From Eledone cirrhosa (taxonomy: Eukaryota), in the NCBI GenBank assembly GCA_964016885.1, contig OZ024742.1:203918001-203982000 (forward strand): a stretch of 64,000 nt of DNA, given 5' to 3'. The notes beneath the pieces are model-generated. The model was given only the letters and a program-made list of their open reading frames with translations, was not told the DNA's origin and ran no database searches. Shown here in pieces: positions 28,839 through 47,464 of this stretch; position 1 is the stretch's first letter; the number at the start of each line of letters is the position of its first letter. The position numbers were made by a program, and so were the translations under genes.

Positions 28839-29199
28839 ACACATTCACTCTCTCTCTCCATTTCCTCTCTCTCTCTCGCTCAATCTCTCTCTCTCCACAA
28901 GTGGAGGGGCACAATGCTGCAAGAAAACGATAACAACCCAGGAAATATAGGAGGCAATTTCCAGAAATCCTTGGCTTGGCAGTGCTACCGGGGAGCACTG
29001 TGTGAGACAAACTCTACAGGCACGGAGGTGCAGACAGGCGGACCTCTCCAAGATGCGCACTGAGCAACGAAACCGCTCTGTACGCACTCATCCAGTATTC
29101 ATACATTTGTCTAACAGCTATTATCATGCGTCGGACGGATCCGGTTATCGACTAAGTCAATCGTGAAGATCGCCCCACTGACTTCTTTTAGCCGGGAAG

Positions 29200-29690
29200 G
29201 GCAGGCGTGTTTCCTCTATCTGGTGGGTGTAGCGAAGGAGGTTGTGTGGTAAACGTGGCTGAAACGCCTGAAGATAGACACTTTCCTCTTCGGCCAATCT
29301 CTCATCAACTTCCACTTGGAAAGGAAGGTGAGAGTGGAGTGGGAAGTGCGCCCCCTACTCCCCATCTAATACATTTGTTGAAAGATGGCCCATATGAATG
29401 GGCCTACTCTGACCTGTAGGGTGGCTAATTTAGAGAGGAGAGGGGCAGCCTCATAGTGTATTCGTGGAAAATATGGGGGTTTAGGATTGGTGGAGTTCCT
29501 AAGATACCCCTGGATGGTACTTCCCCCAGATTGGGGAATTTTCATTGTTTTAATTGTATTGTTTATTGTTATTTGTTATTTCCTTTTTGTATTCTGTTTT
29601 TTCTGTATCCGCACACCGCTGTCCTTGTTCTTTGTATCATCCACTATATGTAGGTCCCTGTGGCCAATAAAGAAAGACTTATTATTATTA
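29200..29690 (+). mobile_element. Decayed 3' end of a Tx1/L1-like LINE
   Basis: LINFHLERKVRVEWE at about 29300-29345 resembles the ORF2 C-terminus at 58656-58841. Ends ctgtggccaataaa, like the tails at 58080 and 58430. Confidence 0.55.
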
Positions 29691-29700
29691 GTAATAGTAG

Positions 29701-29930
29701 TAAGGCGGTGAATTGGCAGTATCGGTAGGGCGCCGGACAACATGTTTTGCAGCATTGAGATATGGCCCTTTACGTTCTGATTTCAAATTCCACCTATGCT
29801 AGCTTTGCCTTTCATCCTTATGGGGTTGATAAAATAAAGTACCAGTAATGCACTTGGGTCGCTTTAATCGACTTTCCCCTCCCCTTCAAATTGCTGCCTT
29901 TGTTCCTAAAGTAGAAACAATTATTACCAT
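29701..29930 (+). mobile_element. Octopus-type tRNA-derived SINE
   Basis: ttcaaattcc B box and tttgcctttcatccttatggggttgataaaataaagtaccag core. Several more copies at 51.6-54.2 kb. Confidence 0.85.
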
Positions 29931-30332
29931 TACTACTAGTAGTAGTAGTTGTGTTTCTTATTGTTGTAGTTGTTGTTGTTTTTGTTGTTACTGCTGCTGC
30001 TGCCGTTATTGTATTTTCCATTAGTGGAGTTTTGCGGAGGTTCTCTTCAATTTATTTTTTCTTTTTTCGTTTTGTCCAAGAAAAGAACGGACAAAACGGA
30101 ACGTATCTAGTACAAGCCAGACTTTAAATGTTTATATAACATCAATAGGGTGCGGTGGATAGTTTGTAAAATAGCAGGAAAAATACGACATCGTTGGCGG
30201 CTACTGTTATAAACTTGTGTGATAAAAATAATTGCAAATATTTATAGGAAGGAAATGTACCAATGTATTTTGCAAACATCAATAGAGTGACGGTTCGATA
30301 AACTTCAAGCACAGAATATATCTTTTTCGGGA

Positions 30333-30387
<55 letters not shown>

Positions 30388-30391
30388 TATT

Positions 30392-30549
<158 letters not shown>

Positions 30550-30705
30550 TTAGAAACACACATATACATGCGGACACACACATATACATGAATGCATCCA
30601 CACCCAACCGTGAGTTTATGGTGCCAACCTTACCGATGTTGCTAAATGAATGACTGGGACAGACCAATCCGGTTGAATTAGACTGAACCAGTATCAGAGT
30701 TAAAA

Positions 30706-31456
30706 ATACATTATGAAGAGAGAAGAAACATTTAGATATAATTAGTAATAAAATGTATCATACCTAAACTGCTCCTAGATTCCTCGACTACGTAGTTTCG
30801 TGGCATAAACAAAAACAATACATCATAAAGATATAGAGCTTTTGCGAGGTCTGCCGACTTATCAAGAGGATACCTCATTTTACTAGCTTCAAGAACGCGT
30901 CTACACGACGTGAGAAAGAATCCCAAAAGGCGGAGGGGGAGATAGTCACGCGATATAACGGTCGAGAAACAGAGCTAAGCCTCTTATAACCCCGAAGAAA
31001 ATACCACGGAGGCGGAGTAAATATATTGTTCATAACTCCCTCTGGTCGAGTAATCTTTGAAGTGTGGTGACTGCTGGAAAGCTGCCATTACTCATACTTC
31101 TCGCCCCCTTCACCACCTCTTCTACGGCTTCGATATAAATACCCCCTCCGCCTCCGTGGTATTTTCTTCGGGGTTATAAGAGGCTTAGCTCTGTTTCTCG
31201 ACCGTTATATCGCGTGACTATCTCCCCCTCCGCCTTTTGGGATTCTTTCTCACGTCGTGTAGACGCGTTCTTGAAGCCAGTAAAATGAGATATCCTCTTG
31301 ATAAGTCGGCAGACCTCGCAAAAGCTCTATATCTTTATGATGTATTGTTTTTTTTATGCCACGAAACTACGTAGTCGAGGAATCTAGGAGTAGTTTAGGT
31401 ATGATACATTTTATTACTAATTATATCTAAATGTTTCTTCTCTCTTCATAATGTAT
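30706..31456. repeat. Near-perfect fold-back (~310-bp arms, ~128-bp spacer) with hammerheads at 31293-31381 (+) and 30781-30870 (-)
   Basis: tcctc TTGATAA gtcggca...tgccac GAAA ctacgtag TC gagga. Confidence 0.88.
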
Positions 31457-31475
31457 ATATATATATATATATTAA

Positions 31476-31568
<93 letters not shown>

Positions 31569-31572
31569 CTAA

Positions 31573-32900
<1,328 letters not shown>

Positions 32901-32921
32901 ATATATATATATATATATTAA

Positions 32922-32990
<69 letters not shown>

Positions 32991-33076
32991 AAAGTTCTAT
33001 TTAAATTGTTGGGATACAACAAGCAAATATTTTTATAACTGATATAAAGCACTCAACAAATATTTGGAGTAAAACT

Positions 33077-33442
33077 ACGATATTAACAAATGGAAACTAT
33101 ATTTATAAAACCATATTTATTTCATTATACATATTTCAAGGACACCAAGTTAAATTATGGTGAGCTTTCATCAGATAAAATATAATATAGATCAGTTTTA
33201 TAAATAAATATTGACATACCCTTAAAGAATGCAACCATTACTTTTGGAAGCTCCCGGACTATCCGGGAGCTTCCAAAAGTAATGGTTGCATTCTTTAAGG
33301 GTATGTCAATATTTATTTATAAAACTGATCTATATTATATTTTATCTGATGAAAGCTCACCATAATTTAACTTGGTGTCCTTGAAATATGTATAATGAAA
33401 TAAATATGGTTTTATAAATATAGTTTCCATTTGTTAATCTCG
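33077..33442. repeat. Near-perfect palindrome, ~180-bp arms, 3-nt loop at 33259-33261
   Basis: Centre reads gctcccgga-cta-tccgggagc and the arms match as reverse complements. Confidence 0.93.
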
Positions 33443-33474
<32 letters not shown>

Positions 33475-33635
33475 CACACTCACATGAATATGCATAAGTG
33501 TATGTAGCCTGGGTTATTTCTCTATTTCAATACCAATAGGAAAGTATTCCTAAGTGAATTTCCCCCAGAATACCAACTGGAATATGAACGAACACATAAA
33601 AATCGGAGAGATGCTTATATATATATATATATATA

Positions 33636-35650
33636 GTTTTAATATAGATGAGATTCTACAGGACTAGAACTGTTTCATTCTTTAGAAATCATCAGGAATC
33701 TGGGTATCAAAAAATAAATATGGTATTTATAGGTCTCTTCAGGTGGTAGGAGAGGGTTGGGAGTGGGATGGCTAGAGGTCATTGGTTGATAGAAAATGGC
33801 ATTGACTGAGACAAACGCGGCCGGAAAAGAAATCGCCAAGTCCCTTAAATTACATGACCGAACCGAACCTTTAAGGGTAAAGACCCCGCACTTTACCCTG
33901 AAGGACCATAAGGGAAACTTCCTCAACAAACCATCAGTCAGACTCATCAACCCTACTCGTTCAGACATCGGCTCTAGATAGAGTCCTACCATTATTGCGT
34001 GTTGCTCACAACTCCCACTCTGGAGCAGAACATCTGAGGCAATATCCTGGTTCCAAGAATTACCCGACAAACGCCACACTCGCTTCCTGAAACTCGACAT
34101 AGAAAACTACTATGCTTCTATCTCGGAGCCCCTCCTGATGGATGCAATTACCTTTTCCAGGAAGTTTACCACCATTACCGATGCTGAGCAAGCTGTTATC
34201 CTCCACGCCCGAAAGACCTTTCTATACCACGATGGATCTTACTGGATCAACAAGAGGTCTCAGACCCCATTTGACGTCAGCATGGGAGCGAGTGACTCGA
34301 CTGAAGTTAGCGACCTTGTGGGCTTGTACATTTTACATCACCTGAAGAACCTCTTTACCAGACTAACCGGAGGTTTATACCGAGACGACGGCCTCTTCGC
34401 CCTGCACAAGGTTTACCCCAGAACCACCGATGGGTTTCGGAGAAACTTAAGCTCGTTCTTCTCTAATCTAGGATTTAGTATAACTATAGAATCTAATATG
34501 ACTAGGGCCAACTTCTTAGATGTCACTCTCGACTTAGATACTTCCCTCTATTACCCATACCATAAACCTAACGAGTCCCTTAGATATATTAATGTTAATT
34601 CTAACCACCCCCAAAACATCACTGATAACTTAGTAAAAAGCGTCTCTATTAGAATCTCTGGCCTCTCTGCCAACGAAGATATTTTTAACGCCTCTGCCTC
34701 CTACTACAATGACGCCCTCGCCCGCAGCGGATTTAAAGAAAGGATAACCTACCTAGAAACCACCGCAAGATTGCAGAGGAGGAATACGCATAGGTAGATT
34801 AGCTGGTACAACCCTCCCTTCAATAGAGAGGTCTCTACACCGATAGCTAGGATTTTCTTCACTTTGCTGAAAACACACTTCCCAACATAGGTACTACACC
34901 ATCTTTAATAAGAACACAATAAGACTCTCCTACTCCACCACACCTAACCTAGCTAGGAATATAGCCAACCACAATTCTAAAAAATTAAATAAGCCAACCA
35001 CCTCCGAACCCAATCCCCGGACTGGGGCCTTGTGTAATTGCCTAAATAAGGAAGCCTGCCCACTTGAAAACAAATGCCTGACAAATTATATCGTATACAA
35101 ATGCGATGCCATCTCAGGCACCGAAGATTGCAATAACAAAAAGACATACATGGGCATGACTTCCAATAACTTTAAGACCCGTTGGTATGCCCACTCCTTC
35201 AGTAGACTGGACAAATCAAACCAGACAAAACTCGCCTCCTATGTTTGGGACCTCAAAAGGAACTCCACGCCCTTCACGCTTAAATGGAAAATACTCCAGA
35301 AGCGCGCTCTTACAACGAAGGACACAAGGGCTGCGACCTTTGTATCTCAGAGAGCTATAAAATGTTATTCGCCAAGGGCCCGCTAGTGAACAAACTCTCT
35401 GAACACTGCCCGAACTGCATGCAAAAGAACTTTGCAACTTTCAAATACCTTAAGCCAGTGTTAATGCCCGATGGCTAAAAACGACTTTCTCCCTTTAGCC
35501 CCTCTACCTCCTCCCCCCACCCCTCAACCTGAAATACGGCCACTATGGTTATGTGAGTAACTCTTACCTATCTGCATTTTCTACCTGTAGAGGTGTTTTC
35601 ATGTGCCTATGTATATGCGTATATTTATGAGTACTTATTTGTATATATAA
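33636..35650 (+). mobile_element. 5'-truncated PLE (RT + GIY-YIG, Hydra-like), preceded by an inverted hammerhead-bearing repeat (33636-33795)
   Basis: PHFTLKDHK; KLDIENYYASI; LYRDDGL; CNCLNKEACPL; IVY...YMGMT; CDLC. Contains stops and frameshifts. Confidence 0.9.
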
Positions 35651-35663
35651 ATATATGTGTATT

Positions 35664-35709
<46 letters not shown>

Positions 35710-35713
<4 letters not shown>

Positions 35714-35872
35714 TTAAAACAATGAAATAAAAAATCAAGTCATTAGAGATATACTTCACTGCTTTACGATCGTTTCTAGATGGTGATAATACAATGTATT
35801 ATCACCATCTAGAAACGATCGTAATTGGTATATCTCTAATGACTTGATTTTTTATTTCATTGTTTCAACTTA
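35710..35872. repeat. Short fold-back related to the 42203-42607 and 14415-14760 modules
   Basis: Centre gataatac-aat-gtattatc. Carries the ctaGAAAcgatcgT hammerhead half. Confidence 0.7.
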
Positions 35873-36123
35873 TATCATGACTCTGTTTTCCTTTTAATGT
35901 TTTATTGTTTTCTGAGATTTATCTTAACCTACAACATTTTCAACATATGGATTACATTGAGTTCTCCATACAGAATAGACCCCACAACTTACAGTGGATA
36001 CCTCTGTGTATATATATATATATAAATATGTATGTGTATATATGTATATGTATATATATATGTGTGTGTGTGTATATATATATATATATGTATATGTGTA
36101 TATATATGTATGTTTGTATGTGT

Positions 36124-36171
<48 letters not shown>

Positions 36172-36223
36172 ATATGTGTGTGTATATATATACATGTATG
36201 TGTATATATGTGTATATATATAT

Positions 36224-36313
<90 letters not shown>

Positions 36314-36404
36314 GTTTATATATATATATATGTATGTGTGTATGTGTATATGTATGTGTATGTATGTAAACATGTATATATCTGTGTATGTATTTATTTA
36401 TTTT

Positions 36405-36441
<37 letters not shown>

Positions 36442-37700
36442 CTATATGCGTGTATATATATGTGTATATGTATTTATGTATATATGTGTAGGTATGGGAA
36501 TGTTTGTGTATATATGTGTGTATATATATATATGAATCTATATGTATAAATGTGTATATATATGTATATGTGTGTATATATATATATATAAAAACAAATA
36601 ACGAAACGAAATTAAATTTCGTTTTGCTTCTAACTCACTTTTGTATGACTGACGCTTAAACAATTAAGTTAAAAGTGTACATCTACATATGTATACTGAA
36701 ACACTAGTATGCATATAAATACACACATGTATACATATGTACATGTACTGAGTTTTTCACTGGACACTTTACTGTGAGTGTCCAGCTAGTCTGTATGTAA
36801 CCAAACAGACAAACCGGGTTTTAGAGTCATACGGGTTTTCAAGGAAACACATTTCCTCTATTCTCCAGAGAGCCAGACAGGAATATTGGACTAGTTTCGA
36901 TGTTATTACATCTCATCAGCAATATAGACCCATCTCCCGGCTTCTCTAGAGAATCGTAAAAGCACATATCGTTATATGCTTTTTCTAATTGTTTTTATCG
37001 TTTCCGCTGAACCGGTGCGTACAATGACTCACGTTCTATGCAAATTAGTCTGCCCACTACTAATTTTCATAGAAAAAGCATAAGGGGTAAGGGAGTGTAA
37101 TAATTAAAGGAAAGTATCAATCTCGATATATTTATAAAAAAGGAACAATAATTTAGAAAGAAAAAATCTAAGAAAAGAAGACAAACAAGGTACACGCATA
37201 CACACACACGTATATCTCACAAAAGAAACGCAAAAATATACATGCTTATATACACACGCACACTTACACATCCATACGTTCGATACATACACATACACAT
37301 ACACATATACATACACATTTTTATAAATATATCGAGATTGATACTTTCCTTTAATTATTACACTCCCTTACCTCTTTTACTTCCGCATCTAAGTGTACGT
37401 GTGTGTAGGTGTGTTTATGCGCGCGCCTTCATATTCTTATGATGTATCTATTCAGTCTGTAGATTACAGATACACAGATACATTTGCCCTAAATTATATA
37501 TTTACGCACACCTTTTCACTATACGTATACATATGTGCATACACATATATGCACATCTGTGAGCGTATATACATACATATACAGACACCTAACTATATTT
37601 CTTGTAAGATTTTATATATTTCATATTCTAATTGATTTGTCTATATTTTTTTTGCTTTTCTTGATGAGACTTTCCAAGTATTTACCCATGTTTTATATTG

Positions 37701-37770
37701 CCTCGTCTGACGAACGAATGAAGACGTTTCTTTCGTATTCGCCTCATTCGGGAAACCTCTGGTAATGAGG
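37701..37770 (+). ncRNA. Type I hammerhead ribozyme
   Basis: cctcgt CTGACGA a-cgaatga...tcattcg-g GAAA cc-tct-gg TA atgagg. Confidence 0.8.
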
Positions 37771-37796
37771 TAATTATATTGTATTGATTTTTATAC

Positions 37797-37842
<46 letters not shown>

Positions 37843-37917
37843 AGGTGAGTTTTATTGTAGTACAATAAAGCAATGCAGATATCGGATAAGAAGCACTCTA
37901 CAGTTTGTAGGACTGGA

Positions 37918-37959
<42 letters not shown>

Positions 37960-38464
37960 AAACAATGCTGGCTCTGATCGAGGCATAAAATGAGAAAACT
38001 CATCGCTAGAACAGCCATTAAAACAGCTAAATGCTGTCGAAGACAACGATGGGCAAAAATGCCCCCGTAGCCAGTGGTCAGCAGAGAGACAATCCACGAG
38101 GAGTGTGGGACAGGCATATGAAATATAGAGAAGATTGAAAGAGGAAGAGGACAAGGAAAAGTGTGTTGATGCAGAGAAGCTAATGTTATAAGGAAATAAA
38201 GAAAGGTGATGTAGAAGACAAGTTTACACACACACTCTTCATTCTCATCAGCTCTCAAACCAGCAAAGTGGTTTCGCACGATTTAATGAGAAATATTTCT
38301 GGTGGTACGATGTGTGTGTGATAAAACAAACAGCACAGATAGAACTATGAAAGACAATATGCAGCATTATTTTTCAACATTGTCGCTAGAAAGAAATAAT
38401 GCAGTTAGTTATTTATAAGAGTTGAAATATATTTTCCGTGCTATTTCTAATTCTACTTTCTCTC

Positions 38465-38572
<108 letters not shown>

Positions 38573-38826
38573 TCTATCTATCTATATATATATATATATA
38601 AATATGTGTGTGTGTGTGTGTGTGCGTGAGGGAGAGAGACAGAGAGAGATAGAGAGAGAGTCCTGGGTTCAATCGGGGGTAACCACAGTTAATAAGGTAC
38701 TCAATACATTAGTACAGTGTAAACGTCATGTTTAATATTGAAATGGCTTTTACAGGACTAAAACTCTTACATTCAAAAGAAATCATCAGAAAATCCAGTT
38801 TCCATACTTATTCTTCACTATATATA

Positions 38827-38915
<89 letters not shown>

Positions 38916-38918
38916 TAT

Positions 38919-38966
<48 letters not shown>

Positions 38967-39710
38967 ATATATATAATATATATGTATATATATATGTATG
39001 TGTGTGTGTGTTTGAAAAGATCCAGGACCCTGACGGCTGAGCTCCGGCCGTTTCGACACCAAGATCCGAATAAAATATATAATATATATATATAGAATAG
39101 AATTAGGATTTAGTTTCATGCATAGCTGTATACAGATATGTATTAGAATTTGGTATTTCTAAAGAAATACGGTATGTTTATGGATAAACATTTAGAAAGC
39201 TGTAGCCATGCAAAACACCTGGATATCGTCCTTTGGATGGTTTCCAGCAGAAGCAAGGGGGAGAAATCGTCAATGCTTTGATTTCCATTGCAAGTGCAGT
39301 TTCAAATATAATGAGTACATCAATGACTGACATTGACAAAATGACAAAATAGCCAGAATTTCTCAAAGGACGAACTACCGAGCATAGTTTCCGGTGAATC
39401 ACTTCTCTGTGTTATAAAAGATATATATTGAGCATAAGCTCATATTGATTGTTAGGTACTTAAATGTTTATCGATCTGTAGGTACTGTATCGATTATCTA
39501 GGTACTGATTTGACCTTACTAAACACATTATCCATCATCATTCCCATGAGTACCATGGTAGCATCAATAACTTCCTTACTCTGAAACATAATATTTGCTA
39601 ATTCAGCTGGTGAATGGGCTTTTTTGTTTTTTTTTGTGTTTTTATTTGCTTTTTGCATCAAATAATTGTGCTCTCTGCAATATATAGTTCACATACACAC
39701 AGACATACAG

Positions 39711-39744
<34 letters not shown>

Positions 39745-40832
39745 ACACATACACACATACACACATACACACACACGCACACACATACACACACACACAC
39801 ATATATATAGAGAGATATGGTGGCTGCCAACTCGTTTTCGAGTACGGCCACTACTTTATATCCATGTAGGAGAACCCCTACCAATGCGCTGAACGAGTGT
39901 GACTTTTTAGTCCAGCCAGCGACTTGAAAACTCTGGTACAAACACTACACCTGTGACAATTATTGACACATAGTGCTGGGCCCATGGTACCATGTGACGA
40001 CAAGTGCAGAGAGATCTCCAGATATAAAGCAATGCCTGTGCTGTGAAGCTTTTATAGTGAGCAAAGGCACTGCACAAAGCCAGTCCCACTCTCTTAACCA
40101 AGATGATATTTACCAAAAAGAAGAACAATTCAACATCATTGGATACCATCAGGGTTGCAGGTGTTATATCAGAGTTTTCCTTCTCCTAGAATTCTACCTT
40201 GACAAAGGCTAAGGGATCATATAGATATATATATAGATATATACACATACACATAACCTATTATATACATACATGCATGCATACATAAATACATGCATAT
40301 AAATACATACATATATGCATACATACATACTTGCATGCATGCATACATACATACATATGTATCTAATAACTGCATGTACACATGTACAGATACAAAGCAT
40401 ATACACATGCACACATATAACTCAAAACACACCTCCACACATACAATAACATTCATACCAGCACACTCATACTTATCTACCTAGTTGATGTGTAAATTCC
40501 ACTGAGAGAGTCTAATAACTATGTTAAAAAACCGACTTTCTCTCTATTGGTAAAAATTTATAAAATTATAAAACCAGAAGAACATAGAGCGCTGTGGGAT
40601 CACATGAGAACGGCTTTCCTATTTAAAATAAAATAAGATTTAAATTGTCTAGTATGCTGATATGTTTTAATGTCAGCCCCCTCCCCATCCCGCCACACAC
40701 ACACAAAAGATGTGGAAAAAATTCATTAACTGTTTCAATTATGTCTTACTTCTCCTCAACTGCTGGGCCATTATTCCATTGGTTAATGTTAAAACACATT
40801 GTAAAATAATCACTCCGGTTTATTTCTTGCAG

Positions 40833-40908
40833 GTCACCAGCCGTACCTGTCTTCGATGTTAGAACTCTCGAGTGACAAATATTTTAAATCAGGTCAAAAT
40901 ATTAACAG
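40833..40908 (+). CDS. Possible small host-gene exon
   Basis: tttatttcttgcag acceptor, AG|gtgaaa donor and one open frame (HQPYLSSMLELSSDKYFKSGQNIN) in unique sequence. No recognisable homology. Confidence 0.3.
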
Positions 40909-41294
40909 GTGAAATCTTATATTTCTTTAACTATTTTATATATTCCTCGGGTACTTTATTCTTGGTACAATATATGGTGCACAAGTATAGCTCTTTTTAC
41001 AAAACGGTTTTTTTCCATTTTTTTCCACTTTTCTAAAAAAATAAATAATACACAAAACGCCAGGATCAACAGCTTTCCAAGAGATGTCAACATGAATGGA
41101 CCTGTTATTTTTATCTAAAGACATTTTTTCCAATTCCAACTCGTCCGTCCCCTCAATCTATCTTATTTCCCATTCTTTCTTCTGAAGGACTAGAGTCCGA
41201 AACGTTAAGACTCTCTTCCTGCTGTTTCAAGCGTTAACCTAATATATTCCTTCCATATACTGTACCGATTGTGTTGTTATTTCTGTTTACATTT

Positions 41295-42000
<706 letters not shown>

Positions 42001-42064
42001 ATAAATATATTTATATATATAAATATATATATACATATATACACATACATACACACACATACAT

Positions 42065-42607
<543 letters not shown>

Positions 42608-42734
42608 TCTTGACTCTGTATACCGTTTATCTTTCACCGAAAGTGATTTTTCATTACATTTCTTCTTTCCATGATATCCGGAATACATTGAGTTCTTCAT
42701 ACGGATTGGACACTACCGTAAACTCTTGGTAGAT

Positions 42735-44156
<1,422 letters not shown>

Positions 44157-45795
44157 TCATCGAACACCCAGGAGAAGACGGGTCACTCGCCCTCCTCGAC
44201 TTCCGTATCAACATCTCGGAACCTTCTACCGCAAAGCAGCGTGCAAGGACTTATTTGTGCATTATAACTCAGCCCTCCCCAACAACGCTAAGAGAGGCTA
44301 TGTCCTAAATGAACTGACACGGATCACTAACAGATGCAGCGACCCGATGGGTGGTCTCACCCATACCACGCAATTCCGTAATCTACTCAGATCTAATGGT
44401 TATCCCAAGCGACTGATTAACGGAATTAGAGACCCCAGACCCAATAGACAGACACCCACTAGAAACTTAAATAAAGGCAGGTGCTTCTTTAAAATCCCCC
44501 ACCTGAGTGAATATACCACGAACGCCATCCGCAGGGCCATACGGAAGCAGGGACTTGACATACATTTCGCCCACACAGGACCTTCGCTGCGAAGATGCCT
44601 CTCCAACAAACCCGACGAGTCAGATGGGACGTGTTCCCTCAGCAACTGCCCGATACGGGGGACAGATTGCCTACGCACCTATGTCGTATATAAGATTCAA
44701 TGCGATAAATGTAACAAGTTTTACATAGGTAGCACCATCCGACACCCTACATGTTCGTATCAAGGAACATATCAACACCAACGCATCTTCCTTCCGTAAA
44801 CACTTCCTTAAATGCGGAAACCCACAGGGTAGACCCTTGGTCACAGTCCTAGCGACTGAACGCAGCATCGGATCCTTAAGGATAAAGGAAGCACTTGTTA
44901 TTAAGAACCTCAGACCCCCACTTAACAACCGGGCTGAGAGAAATGAGCTGACATGGCTAACTTAACCATAGTGACCATTCACAGCCTACGGCCTGCTATC
45001 TTCACACACACGCACGTATATGCATACCCATACGCATACACACACACATCTATATTTATACACGCACACATGTTTTTACAACCTACCACCTTTCACACCA
45101 TTTGATTTCCAGCTTCTACAGCCCACTATCTTTCACACACAAACGCACTCACACATATACACACACAGTTACACACACATGTATACCCATACGCTTACAC
45201 ACACACATCTATATTTACACACGCACACATGTTTTACAACCTACCACCTTTCACACCCTTTGATTTCCAGCTTCTACAGCCCACTATCTTTCACACACAC
45301 ACACACTCACAAATATACACACTTACACTTATACACACACAGTTACACACACATATATATTTACACACACATATCTTACGGCTTTCACACGCTAGCGCAC
45401 CCTCTTGATTTAACCCATTTGGTCAGTAGCTTTTGCCACAGCCTATCACGCGCACGCACATTCTTTCCCTCGTTTAAATTTTAAATAATTTTCTCCCCAT
45501 AACGGTATTCCTGTCTTAACGACATCACAACTTTCTCCGCTTGGCCTGTTCCCTCCCTTTTGGAACTTTCCCCCGTTGATGGGCGTGAGCCCGAAATATT
45601 GGGATTAAATCTCCACTACGGTAACCCTTCTACCTTTGTTTTGTTTTCATCTTTGTCTCTCTCAATTTTCACTTTAACCTGTTTTTCCTATCTATCTTTC
45701 ACTTCCTACCTCGAGATTTCCCTCTGCATTGTTGTGGCTTTCTTAACTACGTATTTTACACATTTCACAATGCTTCAAGCAAACTTTAACACCCT

Positions 45796-45797
<2 letters not shown>
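44157..45797 (+). mobile_element. 5'-truncated Penelope/Poseidon-like PLE (RT thumb, GIY-YIG, 3' region)
   Basis: [14 protein letters not shown]; FYRKAA...VHYNSALP; NGYP; VVYKIQCDKC...YIGST; RIKEH; IKEALVI. Decayed hammerhead at about 45571-45604. Confidence 0.88.
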
Positions 45798-45844
<47 letters not shown>

Positions 45845-45885
45845 TTGTGTGTGTATATATATATATGTATATGTATGTGTGTATG

Positions 45886-45919
<34 letters not shown>

Positions 45920-45927
45920 TATATGTA

Positions 45928-45964
<37 letters not shown>

Positions 45965-46142
45965 GAATATATGTATGTATGGTGTATGTGTGTGTGTGTA
46001 TATATATATATATATGTGTGTGTGTATGTGTGACCCCACTCTCAAGAGCGTGAAATCAATAAACATTTGTTTGTTCTGCCCCTCTGTTTTGTTCCCGTTC
46101 AATTTTTCCTTATATATGTGTATATGTGTGTGTGTGTGTGTG

Positions 46143-46177
<35 letters not shown>

Positions 46178-46222
46178 GTGTGTATATGTGTGTGTGTATG
46201 TATATGTGTGTGTATATATATA

Positions 46223-46278
<56 letters not shown>

Positions 46279-46294
46279 TATATATATATATATA

Positions 46295-46344
<50 letters not shown>

Positions 46345-46349
46345 TATTT

Positions 46350-46995
46350 ATATGTGTGTCTGTGTATATGTGTGTCTGTGTATGTGTGTTTATGGGTGCG
46401 CGCGAGTGTGTGAGTGAGTGTGTCTGTTGATTTTTGGCATATAGTTGAATAGTTTAAGAGTAATTTGAGGATAATTGTAAGATATGCACTTAATATTTTG
46501 AATTTGTCTACATAATTCTCTAAACCTTTGTCACTTAGTAGAACCTTAATGAATTTAGCTTTTAAAGAATCTCCCTTTCCTTTAAATCTATCTACCATGA
46601 CTGACCCCCCACTGATCTTATAGACACCTGTTAGCTTAAGAGAAACTTAATAATAAGGAATGGCATGCCATCCTGAACCTGTTTATAGAATTCTCTCTGC
46701 CTTTGTTACTCTAAAAACAAAAATAAATAAAAATAAACTATAGCTTTGTAGAATTAGCTTTTAATGAATTCCCTTTTCTATCAACCAATGACCTACACCC
46801 ATCCCACTCCTCACCCTCTCCTACCACTTGTATAAATACCATACTTATTTTTTGATACCCAGATTCCTGATGATTTCTAAAGAATGAAACAGTTCTAGTC
46901 CTGTAGAATCTCATCTATATTAAAACTTTTATACTCTGCAATGTATTGAGTACCTTACTTACTGTGGTTACCTCCGATTCAACCCGGAATAACGT
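46350..46995 (+). repeat. Right arm of the inverted pair (decayed GIY-YIG C-terminus plus pseudo-LTR)
   Basis: Inverse of 41431-42000. Traces of W.IV...CKIC near 46435-46490. Confidence 0.85.
46861..46911 (+). ncRNA. Type I hammerhead with a true stem III, GUA site (copies at 41446-41496 - and 33651-33701 -)
   Basis: agattc CTGATGA t-ttct-aa-agaa-t GAAA cag-ttctagtc-ctg TA gaatct. Confidence 0.88.
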
Positions 46996-47464
46996 ATATA
47001 TATATATATATTATTAAACTGTATTTGCATTATGTATTCCATAAATAAATTAATATGTTTTTAATGAAACAGATCGATACTGGAGTCGGGTCCATAACTC
47101 CTACAGGTCACATTGAGCCAATCCTCTGCAAAACGCGCGTAACAGGTTGATACGCAATAAATATTTTTCATGTTTAAATGAAACATTCTCGTTTCTTTCT
47201 ATTATATACATTGTCTGTGCATAGAGTGCTTGATTTGGTAGTAAACAGAAATAACAACACAATCGGTACAGTATATGGAAGGAATATATTAGGTTAACGC
47301 TTGAAATAGCAGGAAGAGAGTCCTAACGTTTCGGACGCTAGTCCTTCAACAGAAGAAAGGATGAGAAATTAGATAGATTGAAGGGACGACTAGAGTGGAA
47401 TTGGAAAAAATGTCTTTAGATAAAAATAAAAGGTCGATTCATGTTACCTATATATATATATATA

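Noticed and set aside
29701-29800. tRNA gene
   Set aside because: The A/B-box-like head continues into a multi-copy SINE body, and no complete cloverleaf is evident.
33340-33365. Hammerhead in the 33.1-33.4 kb palindrome (ctgatgaaagctc)
   Set aside because: I could not assemble stems I and II around a complete core.
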